From Laetmonice hystrix (taxonomy: Eukaryota): 64,000 nucleotides of DNA. How positions within the stretch are numbered: the first letter of the stretch is position 1; every line of letters starts with the position of its first letter. A program made the position numbers and the translations under genes. The DNA lies in assembly GCA_965235115.1 (NCBI GenBank), contig OZ249448.1, positions 17,484,001 to 17,548,000 of the forward strand. The letters are read 5' to 3'. Below the pieces are notes generated by a model that was not told the DNA's origin, did not search any database, and saw only the letters and a list, made by a program, of their open reading frames with translations. Positions 1 through 28,061 of the stretch are shown here, piece by piece.

Positions 1-16589
<16,589 letters not shown>

Positions 16590-17988
16590 CCTTTACAGTT
16601 GCGAACCCCCGCCAAAGGTAAACTCGCTCACAGGAATAACTGTATATCTATGCAAACTGTGTCAGGTGCTATTTATGCTTCAATGTGATATTAGAAGAAC
16701 ATGTGCCGCTGTTAGTGTAGCCAGTTTGGGAAATGGTTGGAATTTAACCACCTATAAGGTTACTATCCAATGTATACTCGGGATTCTAATTGGTTTAATT
16801 GTCTGAAGAAATCCGTCAGGTTTTTCTCCTCCGTCTATTTGATGTGATATCTATGTACAGGTTGGAAGGTTGGGTCGTGTTGCTGATCATGTACCCGTGA
16901 TGCAGATGCTAGTCGATCGTGATCTATTGTTAAAAATAGGGAGCAAACCGTTGGCCCCAAGAAGTCAGAAAAAGTGACCAATTTTCAAGCTACATAGGCA
17001 TGACCTTTGCGTATATATTTAACCTTGACCACCTTTGTGTCTTTCTTAAATGAAAATGAAAATTAATATATAAATAATTTAAAAGAAACCAATATACCAA
17101 ATCCATGTATATAGAGCATTGGGTAAGGTTTGGCACGTTAAGGGGACATTTCATTTACTTACATCTCTGATCAGATCGAAAATATCTGATTGAACAGTAG
17201 AAAGAATCGTTGACCTTGTAGAGCACCGATTACTGCCACATTGGACGCCTCTCTCTGTCAGAGTAGTATTATAATTACTTCCAGTTATGTATTACAGAGA
17301 AATGTACCTCTCCATTCCCAGCTCCTAATGACTGCTAGCCCGTTTTACTAATACTCTTGCCTCTACAGTAATTAACCTTACCGGTGTGCTGGTATCAAAA
17401 TGTCGATCATGATGTCAGCCAGTGATTAACAGATTTATATAGACATTTGTAACTAAAAATAAAAAGATGAGCATGACGCTCGTTGGTACATGCAAGTATA
17501 GGAATGTGTATGCGAAAGTTTACATAATGTATATAAATGTATCCTTTTATTTTTTCATCGCAGAGTTTGCCCATTAGAAATAATAGTGTTTTAACCGTAT
17601 GAAAATTAAAACTCCAGAGAATCATACCCGCAAATTCCTCTGTCATACCACGTATACAGTGAAAGAGTGTGTGGGTTGTGTGTGAAAAAGGTGCGTTTGG
17701 AAATGTATTTAAGTGTCTGTCATAGTGTAAATTTTGGATAAAGATATACATAAAGTTTAGCTTGGCCTAGAACATGCGGAGAAACCTCTGAATGCAGCAG
17801 TGCTGTCTTGTTCGAGCTCCTATCTAGTACCCTGGTACCTGATACTATTATGGATCCAAAAAGTATTTAGTAAACCTCAAATGTCTTGATTGTCTGAACT
17901 ATACTAAGAATCTCAAATCTTCACCTGGTTTTTATCGAGTCACGGTAGAAGCACATCACAGTATTATCTACTTGTGATTTGAGCGCCA

Positions 17989-18092
17989 GGGTGCGTTTCT
18001 CATCATGTCGTTACCTTGTATCGTTAACTCCAATGCATTTTCAATGGGGATTTTAATGCACGATAGAATAACGATAGATGAGAAACACACCC
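17989..18092. mobile_element. Short MITE-like palindromic element
   Basis: GGGTGCGTTTCTCATC ... GATGAGAAACACACCC is a 16-bp TIR with 1 mismatch, and the internal sub-terminal symmetry is imperfect. Confidence 0.65.
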
Positions 18093-18110
18093 CCGACTCG
18101 TTGAATACTC

Positions 18111-18218
18111 CCAGGGCCCAGTTCGTAAACGCTTCTGATTGGCTGATCTAAGCAGACCGGCCCCAGTCAGAAGCCTGAAGCTTAAGCAAGATCTTAAGTT
18201 TTAGAAACTGGGCCCTGG
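18111..18218. mobile_element. Short MITE-like element with GGGCCCAGTT termini
   Basis: CCAGGGCCCAGTT ... AACTGGGCCCTGG is a perfect 13-bp TIR. The internal TTAAGCAAGATCT also occurs at ~36352. Confidence 0.65.
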
Positions 18219-18991
18219 TCTTTCTCAGGAAACAGTTGTAAGGAATATTCGTATAGAAATAAAACTGAAACTGTCTTATTACTGGGTACTGTTGTCAAAT
18301 GAAATCTTGAGTGTTATTTTAATGGTATCAGCACGTACTTTCCTAATACAGATAGCTGGCCTTTAGTGAAGTGACGTTTGTCTGAATAGGACTGTGCAAT
18401 TATTGACTAGTAAAGTATTCTGTACCAGTCTCAATGATGTTGATTATAAACCACAATATCAGTGAATGATACCAAATGTCATCCACTATAACTACTCCCA
18501 TCAGGTCACATTGTGGAATTCTTGTTCTCTTCCTTTTCTTGATGAAAGATCAAATAAATATATTTATAATAAAGATTCTGTCAAATATGTGTACATACTT
18601 GGTATCTGTGTTGGTTGTATTTGATTTAAATCGCCATTATTTCACATTCTCACACAGAATACATGTGTAAAATAAAGAAACTCCAACTCGGAACCATACT
18701 TTTGCAATAAAAGAATAACAAAATTTTATTTCATAACGTAAATGGTATCGATAATGGTAAAAGTGTAGTACTAGTAGTCAGTTTGTCGACATGGACCACA
18801 CCAGTAGCGACTTGTCAATAACAGTATCAAAACTTCCAGGAATATTCATGCAATGATACACGTTTATAATGGGACCTAAGGGTACCAACACAATGACGTG
18901 AGCCAAGTGACCGCAACTGTGAAGTATTACGTCACCTCGGCGCACTGCGTGCTGCAAACAACCGTGCAGCGGCAAACTGTGCATTGTAAAT

Positions 18992-19260
18992 GTGTCAGGG
19001 TTCACAGCAATTCACTCCAAACTTCACACATTAAACCCCAAATCATTGGCCAAAATCTACTACCACCTCGTGTATCCTTCACTTCAAACTTCACACATTA
19101 AAACCCAAACCATTGGCCAAAACCCTACTACCACCTCGTGTATCCTTCACTCCAAACACAAACCTGGTTATTCGAACAGATGAACTTGATGTGGGAATCG
19201 TACCAATTCGACTTTTATAGTCCCAAGTAAAATATGTTGTTTTTCGGAGGTAGAGTAACT
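18992..19260 (+). mobile_element. Degraded non-LTR retrotransposon (CR1/L2-group) RT C-terminal fragment, with an internal 67-68 bp tandem duplication
   Basis: The translation IHSKLHTLNPKSLAKIYYHLVYPSL resembles the L2/CR1-group C-terminal pattern (L..ksL..iYy.lvyP.l). The duplication spans 19011-19156. Frameshifts follow. Confidence 0.35.
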
Positions 19261-21630
19261 GCTTGTTATGCAAGGTAACATCCAAAAGGAAAGTACATGT
19301 AATTGGAACAAGAACGTTTCCAGTTGTATTACACGAATGTGTCCGGTGGTACCAATCAAAATGGGAAAAAATGTGAGAAATGACATGGTTACCATGTTTC
19401 CTTTTTGCGATTCAAGTCCCCTTGTGAACCCAGCCCACATTATAAACCCACACGTACATTTTGCGGGTACGTGTGAGACTCACTGATATGATATGCAGAG
19501 GATCTCTCCCCCTCTTCTCCTTTCAGATAGCATCCGAAATGTGATTATTTTACCTGAGAATAAACCGTTTTAAGCTCCTTGGATGCTAAAAATGGGCTGT
19601 ATTTATTTGGAATGCTTGGGTCTACCGGGCAAACTGGTAGTAGTGCAGTACCATGCAGGATGTCGCTAGCTGTGCACACTCAATCTTGTTTACCTTTCAT
19701 TCGATACACGGGTAAATGCCCCTGTATAAGCACTAATAATAATACATTCATAATACTCGCAGAATAATTAAGAAACCTCGTAACATAATGTGGGGCAAAT
19801 GGCACATTGGTTTTGATTTGATTTGGATTTTCTGTAATGTTGTTTTATAGCTTTGGCTTCCAAAGAACCCTTATTTTCTATTCTCTTAATTTGGGTGAAC
19901 TGAAAGATTCTTCAAAAGACCACGATCACAAAATTATAACACATTCTGATTACTATACTGGGGTATCTGTGTCTGTGACGAGACCATTCACGATCAGGAA
20001 TTGGCTGATCTCTCCAACATAAAGATTGATTTTTGTTTGGGTTTGTCAAGGTCAGAAATACTGTTTTATCCCATCGTCTGTTCTCCACTGGCAAGTACCA
20101 CCGCCTTACCGGGGTATATTCTGCCATAGATTTATTTATCTTGAATATTAAAATTCTCTGGTACAGATATTATTTACCAGCTTATCTTACCAGTAACATG
20201 TATCCAACAAGCTCCTGCTCCTCTTGTTAAGTTTGCCACTGCTGGGAAATGGTGGAAATATTCAAATCTGTTCACGTTGGTAATATTATCATACATTAGG
20301 GCAATGGCCACTTATCATTACATGTACATGTTAAATCATCATGCAGCGAGAATAAAATTGGTAATAACACCAGTAATAAAACTTGTAACAAAAATACCTC
20401 CAACACAGTCAATGTCAAGCACATAATAAAAGGATCTCTACCTGAAGGGCAAATCTAGAAATTCGAATACACAAACTTGAATCATTTGCTGATACCCAGG
20501 GTTTGAGAATTTCACTGTACACGGATTGTTTAGCAAACCATGAACCACTGGAGACTAGGAGTTGTCGACATTGGTATCTAGCACAGACGTATCATTATTT
20601 TACTGTCTTAACACCTGATAACGAGTTTAATAAATAGATTTTAAAAACGTCTCTATACATGTACAAATAAATACTACAAATTCCTAGGATTTGTTTCGAC
20701 CTTCACTTTGGGATTTGATTTTTCTGTAAAAATCATGACCAGTTGAACATACAAGCATGCTTGATTCATTAACAGATCTATTTTACTAGCATTTATATAT
20801 TTTAAATTTAAAAAAAAAGAAAATTACTGGAACCGGTACTTCAATAGGATCAAAGGTCTTCCTACAAAATTTATTAAAAGATTATATGCCAAAATAAGTG
20901 AAAAAAAAGAGTAGATTTTTAGGTGGCACAAAATTTACTGATGCAATTGCACCACCTTCACCCTGGTTTGACCATCCCTTTTTCTTGAAATTAGCTATTG
21001 CCGGTAAATGTACATTACATAGATCAGTCACTCAGAATAAAAAATGCATAAATTTCACCAAAGTACACGTTTCACTTTATCACATACATGTACACGGAAT
21101 GCTGTGGTATTGATAAGAAAAAACTTCTCCAAATATGAAGTGCACATTCATAACAAACACACTCAATAATACAAAAAGGCAGATAAAAGTGCTATCTATT
21201 ATTAGTCACTTCATCACTATGATCATTACCTTCACCAACATGATCGTAAAAGTTCCACAACTGCAATATAACAAGGTAAAAAGCATCACACCAGTATAAG
21301 ATTAATATGAGGAAAAACGGTAAAAGTGCAATGGTAAAATCTCTGCTCTATGTGCTATATCTACTCTGATGAAGATAATTGTAACACTATACATGTAGAT
21401 GAGAAAGTTTCAACAAGAAGCAAAACATCATTTCTTTCTACCTCACCCGAGTTAAATATATTACACTAGAAGTTTTTTTTTATCTAACACATTTATTTCC
21501 CCCTTCCCGTCAAAATAATTGCTGCAGCTTACGTCCCAGACTACCACTACTTTGTAGACATCGTCTTTTTTGCAAAAAGCTGGACTTTTCTTTCCTATTT
21601 TCTCAATGTATTTATACTACCAAACCGGTA

Positions 21631-21785
21631 GCAGTCAAGCAGGGTACTCAGACAGGAGGCCGACAGACATCAGACCGGAAGGACACATGGCTGACTGGAA
21701 ACCCCTGCCGACTTTATTCTAGAAGTATCAACTAACCCTAATCCTCAGGGCCTCGTGTCTGTCGGCTTCCTGTCTCTGCTTACTG
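21631..21785. mobile_element. Inverted-repeat element with internal AACCCTAA, probable non-autonomous DNA transposon remnant
   Basis: AGACAGGAGGCCGACAGACA (21650-21669) pairs with TGTCTGTCGGCTTCCTGTCT (21756-21775) with 1 mismatch, and the arms extend imperfectly outward. Confidence 0.55.
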
Positions 21786-24235
21786 TCCGCCTCGTGTCCA
21801 GTCAAAGTCAAGCAGACATACCGTATCATACGTAGCTATTTGGCTGAATTCTGGAGAACCAAACAGCATGCTGAATTCTCTTCATCTGATCACAGAGATT
21901 CAGCTTGCAAAGGATCTCACTCATCTCTGTGAACCAGTTTCTCTTCCACTATCTGGATGCCTCATCACATTCATAAAATTATAAGATTATTAACAATTAC
22001 AAAAATACCGTGAGGAAGAAAAAAACTATTAAGTCTCCTACGTTGGTGGCTTGGAAGCATGCCCATGTTGGTGGACTTAATTTCTCTCTGCCATGATTTG
22101 ACACAGATGGACCCTATGGAAGTCCCTCACTGTGAACACAATGTTCACTACATTATTTTTATTATTATGCAGTTAGTATGAAGAAGTGCTATGCCCAAGA
22201 ATTTATTTTTGTTTCAACAACATGCATGGAGAAATATTATGACTCTAGTAATAGTAGTCCAGGCCCAGTGTTGAAAATTTGTGTAGACAGCTCGACATAT
22301 AATATCATCTATTTAACTCTTCTGGTGTGACTACCATTTATAGTCCATCATACCATTTTCAAATGCCCTCCAACTGTCAAATTATTTAACCTTTATTTTT
22401 TTTTATGTTCATTGGTTTTTAGTGTTCCACCAACAATCTCTTCTTGGGAACATCTGCATTTGCTCATCCATTGTGTCGAGAGTGCCGTGTCTGAATGAAG
22501 TGACCATACACCACTGTCAGACACTGGCATACTGCTGACTGGCCTCATACCAAATATTCTACCCTCCTCCTACCCCTGAGCTTTTATGGGTTTTGAGCAT
22601 CCGAAGTTTCACAGAGCCCCAGTCCTTTTTCTAGTTCCCTCAACAATAACTTTGGCACGTTCTCACTGAGCACCACTCCCCGCTTTCCAAACCGTTTCAT
22701 ACATTTGATATTTTTCACAACAGAACTACTTACATATTGCTGATTTACCTGAGGCGCCCACTACCTGAGCAGAATTGCACCAAAAAAACAAACAGAAAAA
22801 CATGGGCCCAATCGCTTCCTTAGAAGATCGAACCCAAAAAATTTTCATAAGCATGATTGAAGACAGCTAGAATCCAGGTTGCCCTTTCTCTGACTGTCCA
22901 TGACTGTATCACATAAATAATATGAACAATCTGAAACTTCCCTGTTTAAAATAATACACATATAGTTAAAGAAACGCTAATTCACAAAAAAAGTGCTATT
23001 CAATTACTCAAATTTTGAGTACAGTACTTATCTTCAGTCATTACTACAGCAATGAATTGACATACCCGTTCTACTGTGACTTTTTGTCCAACGACTTTAC
23101 AAAATTTAGTCAAAATTCCCACATGGACTTGGAGCACCGCCATTCCAGTTTTTCTTTGGTAATGATATCACTGTGTGTGTCACTGCTTTTAACAGTGTTC
23201 AAAGCCAATTACAACAGTTAACTTGAATAGGACACCCAATGACACTATATTCCTGGTTACTGGCCAGTATAGTCCCATAGAAAGCATCAATATCTCTGTA
23301 TAATTCTTGATCAGCAAAGATCATATAAACTAGTATTTCTTTACTTTGTTATTCCTACCTCCACGTGTCATAATGCTCACGGGTTTTCTACATTGCATCC
23401 CTTTTGCAAACATTGCTTTCTTATGAAAAACAATCACAAACCACACCAGCCCAACAAAGGCTTACTTATTTTATGGTTGGGCTTCTCACTTTCTTAGAAT
23501 TAGATTCTTATTTTCAGGGTCCATTCGATTTCAAATTTGCATTGAAATTTGCATTGTCTGCAGCTGTTTAACACTTTAAAGTAATAACTTAGATACTTTG
23601 CCTTCCTTAGCTTGGGTACAACTTCTACTTTGACAGTCTATATAACAAAATAGATTTTGATACCAAAATATCAGACTCAGTATGAAATAGTTTTGAAAAT
23701 CTCGAAACAGAATACCTCAATCCTTGAATCCAATCTCCCAAGTCTTAGTAAACATCTTCTTCATCTCTTTCATTGCATATATACGTCAGTACATGAGTTA
23801 CGATAGTTTCATTTTTTCTGTTTTATACTTTGCATATCATGACTCTTACATACCATTTACAGGTAATGCAGACTGAATTTCTACAGAACTAAATACTCTA
23901 GATCACATGACTAGACTTCAGAGAAAACTTTAGTCCAATCGTAAGTTTGCAATCACCAGACTAATTATTCTTGGAACCTACTTTGCACTTGACATTATGG
24001 CTAACTTAATCAGAAAGAAATGTGACCAGTTACTTACTTTAAAGGTCATGATATAATAATTCAATTATCAAGACTTTAAGGGCGACTTGTTGTCTAAGTA
24101 TAAGATACTACTTGACAGCTACTCTGACATTTTAGCTGTCCTGATTCTGATCAAGTAAATTCCCCACCATTTTTTTTCTATGCCCAGAACTGCATTCTAT
24201 CAGCACTTAATTAAATAGCCTACATCAAACCACCA

Positions 24236-27200
24236 TTATGTGGATGAATCATCCTCCATGTCACGTCGCTCATTCATAAGTTCACGGTGTTTGAGGTCGA
24301 AGCTTGGGTCAAGAACTACTGGTCGGAGAGTGTTGACCACCATGTAGCGAGAAGTCAAGACGTAAAGAAGCCGAAACCAGACAAACTGACTCCAGTGTGC
24401 TCGCATTGCCACCTATGAATAAAATCAGGAAATTCACAAACTAGAAATAATCCGCAACAATTGAGAAGCTACTCTTATGATGTCATGCAGAGCTCACTGA
24501 GACATTAATCAAAAAGATCCTGGTCGACTTCTCTTCAAATGGTAATTTTTTAAAGGAATAAATTATATGATCTTACCTGTGCTCTGATAACATCGATAAA
24601 TGAGGCCACGAGTACAACAGGGGCGGCCAAGTAGCTGACAATCAGGTCAAAGAAGAATGTGTACTTCCTTAATACCGGTACACTTTCCAATTCATAGATG
24701 TCTATGTCTGAAACAAAATATATCATACTCATACTTTAAACAGTACAGGAAAAAATCTTTCCAATTCTCAGTCAAGAACTCACTGTATTTTACACCCATT
24801 AGATAAGATATCAAAATTGGAGGTCTTTTTTGAAACTCTCTCTGGATGTAATTGTTAGTTCAAAATTTACTTGTAAAATCTCTGATATATCAATCTGATC
24901 AAATTAACTAATCAAGCAATTAATAAGTACTCAGTATTTACCTTGTGGAAATTTTCCCCACTGCACTAGTTCTCTAAAAATAGCAAGAGGTTAACATTAG
25001 AATCTTCAAACCTTTCACAATTAAAACAGATAAACATAGATTTAAAGTTGTTTTTTTACTGATGACATACCAGTAGTCAAACATCCTATCTTATGCATGT
25101 AAAAATAAGGAGAATTTATTTTCTTTTCTTACCTTTTTCCCCCCTCAAAGTTGCAAATTGCAACTCAAAAAGAAGAAGCACATTTCACAAACTAGAGGTA
25201 AGTCAATCGGGGAATATTTCATACCTTATAGAAACTCCTAAAGCACGATGGTTAATGTGGCCGCTCACTCCATAGTTATCAAATGAGACAACCTGCAACA
25301 ACCAATCTTTTCATAATCAAGTGTGAATCCAGGCCTATATCAAAAAAGGCCCAGCAAATTGAAAATTATATCTTGTATGCTTAATAATGGACTTATAATG
25401 TTTTACTTCCACTTAATCCTCAGAGTTAGGTCAAAGTGAGATTGACCTACTTACCATGCAAGGTTTTGTCCTTGAGACATACTGGAGAATAAATTTCCCT
25501 GAGAGCCCCTCATCCCACCACTTTTTGGGATCATCTGGTAGGTGGCTGCAGTAAAAGAGTCTCTCATATTACGGGGCCAGGGGCTATTTGCCAACCTCAC
25601 TTGCACATGGGACCATCTTCCCTTGAAATCTCAGGTAGGCTCAAAACACAATTATGTTAAGATCTATAATATTCCTCATCCACAAAATCGGTTGATCTGG
25701 TAAAACAAGTTTTCTGAGAATGTAACATAAACAATAATGATAATTGAGAAGTACTTAAAGTCCTTTGTGCAATAATGCTATTGGTCAATGTGCCATTTAC
25801 AGATATAACCTCCTATGCTACAGCATTGGATGATCGTATTTATCAAATACATTATAGGATGGTCATAGTTATCAAATGTGCCTCTAGGTGGCTGCAAGCA
25901 TAGTCTAATGGACAAGACCCCAAATTTAATATTCCTTACCAGTGATCTAGCACTGTACAGCGGCCCTCACTGATGCCAAGTATTCTACAACTTTCCACAA
26001 TCTCTCGTTCTCTCACGTTACCTTTCCCATAGTAAGCTCCTACAACAGGAAAAGGAAAAACATTAAGAAGCAAATGTGATTAAAATTTACATAACTACAC
26101 TTTACATAACGTCACTTGAGCACAAGGCGAAATAGGCTCAGCGAGCTTCCGGCTTGTAGGAGGCCTCGGCCGGTCGGTTCGGCCAGTGTCGTCAGGGCTC
26201 TCGATGACCCGCACGAAGTGTGTAGTCTGACGCACAATAAAAACCAGCAGGAGTCAGTGCGACGCATGAAGATTCCCCCAATTTTGACCCCCAGACTAGA
26301 GAATGGTATGCTGGGTTACAACCCTCCACCGCAAAAGGCATGCATAATGACTGAAATAAATAAAAACGCTCTCGTTGAGTGGCCACATATGAGCACACTC
26401 AACGTCAACAACACGTTGACTACGAGTTTAGATTAGACAAAAATACTGGCATGCATTTGACTCTTCAAAGTTGTGAACTGACCATGCTTGACCCCTGACT
26501 TTTGAGGGTTGACCCCCCAAAAAAATAGACAGAAGTCTCTGACCCTTCTACTGAAAACTCCAGTGAGAGCCCTGGTGTCGTGGTCTGTTTTCTCCGCGGT
26601 CCACTGTCATTTTACTCATTTATTACTGTTTGGAAGGAAACTCCACCGCAAACGCTGACGGCAGAGTGACGCAACTCGTTTCGGGTACTAGCAAGTTAAC
26701 TTTTATCACTTCCCGGTCACTTGGTGCACCGCAGATGGCTGATGGAGCTACGGCCCCAACTTGCTCGTAAACAACTGGACCGTGTGGACGTTATATTTGT
26801 CCAATAATTATAATCAAGGTCGGAATAGAAATTTCAATACCATGGCTCTCTATAAAAATCGATTTCATACTCCGTGGAAGAAGTTTAGTACCAAAACGAA
26901 GGCCGCAAAGTTGTGATAACGGACCTCTTCGCAGAGCGTCCAAGAATCGCTAGACCAGCGTCACTCGACAACTTAAAGGTGTTCTGGAAGACACCGTTTA
27001 GAAACTGAACTAAACGAAACCATGCACCCGGAGATTGCAGACCGGCGGAGAAAACAGACCGCGACACCGGGGCTTGTAGGGGGCCTCGGCCGGTAGAGTC
27101 GGATAGGCCTAGGCGGATCTAGGATTTTTAAAACTTTAAAAATCCTGCAGGCTCACACGCCGTGTACTTTGTTAGTTTGTAAAAGTTTGTTGGGCCCGGA

Positions 27201-27555
27201 GGCATAGTTTTCGGGAGGAGTAACTATTTCTTTTGGGGGAATGCTCCCCCCCACAAAAAAAAGGAACCTGCACTGCAGGAACCCCAGGCAGTAGAGTATA
27301 CCAGGAAGTCCAGCACAAACCTCTTGACAAGCACAGCAAGTAGACTTGGTAGCCCTGCCTCTGCAGTGACAGGATGGTCGGGGCGAAAAACATGCACTCA
27401 TCGTCCGGGTGTGAGGTCACAATCAACACCCGGTCTGAGCATCCAGGAGTCGGTGGGCGAAGCTGTGTCTTTGCGGGCTTAGCCCAAACCAAATAGAGAT
27501 AGAAAATCAAAACTATCAGGCAAAATAAGACCAAAAATGTTAATAAATCAATCAT
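24236..27555 (-). CDS. PIGL: N-acetylglucosaminyl-phosphatidylinositol de-N-acetylase (GPI anchor step 2), 277 aa, 7 exons
   Basis: Exons: 27555-27321 (235 nt), 26039-25940 (100), 25545-25455 (91), 25292-25225 (68), 24973-24942 (32), 24707-24577 (131), 24412-24236 (177 incl. stop). All are GT-AG and in frame. The product has an N-terminal TM helix, the VLIVTSHPDDECMFFAPT metal motif, VSFDNYGVSGHINH, and C-terminal AMRAHWSQFVWFRLLYVLTSRYM. Confidence 0.97.
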
Positions 27556-28061
27556 GATTTTGAGCAGTCTCCCAAAACGGGCAGACGAAATGAACCCTCG
27601 GCGGAAGCTGGTTTGTGGGAATGTGGCGATCTATGTCGTAAGATTATCGTGCTTCGAGATTTTAATAGATTTCGTCAAACTTTGAAATAGTATCGTCATC
27701 TATTAGTCCTATAAATATAAATCGTTAACGGATAAACAAAAAGAATCTATAATACTATAAGCATCTGCGATTTTTATATTGTCGTTCACAACCGGAAAAC
27801 GGTTTTCACCACTTTCATGCGCAGCCGCGAAGGGCTGTACGCTTGTAAACATGGTTACCTTGGAGATGACAGATGCTGTGTCGGTCAGTAACGTACTGTT
27901 TAGGGGTTGGAAAAGCGTGTGTTTGCTGATATCTCATTCCACAATAACACCAGAACTGTTGATGACGTGGATGTTAGCACAACACGTGCATATTGTGTAA
28001 CAAACTGATCACATCAAATCATATTTAAACGATACACAGGACTAAATATCAAGGAGAAAAC
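27556..28061. promoter_or_regulatory. Bidirectional promoter region between PIGL and CFAP251
   Basis: The start codons are divergent and 506 bp apart. The region is CpG-enriched relative to its flanks, with an ETS-like CGGAAG at ~27602 and an X-box-like motif at 27854. Confidence 0.7.
27854..27867. promoter_or_regulatory. RFX X-box-like motif
   Basis: GTTACCTTGGAGAT resembles the X-box consensus GTTNCCATGGNAAC (one strong half-site). It lies ~200 bp upstream of the ATG of a motile-cilia gene, a class typically driven by RFX/FOXJ1. Confidence 0.5.

Noticed and set aside
21890-21935. Possible SECIS element (ATGA...AA...TGA)
   Set aside because: The spacing is too short for helix II, and neither flanking gene has an in-frame TGA.
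22480-22765. - strand frame with MKRFGKRGVVLSENVPKLLLRELEK and, past a stop, LRGRRRVEYLV (chromodomain-like), plus an apparent 16-nt microexon
   Set aside because: It is interrupted by stops, has no joinable neighbouring exons, and the similarity is too short to trust.
27113-27150. 12-bp perfect AT-rich palindrome after GGCGGATCTAGGATTTT
   Set aside because: It looks like a collapsed copy of a dispersed GGCGGATCCAGGATTT repeat also seen near 40238, 40420, 44955 and 46601, so it is an ordinary repeat remnant.
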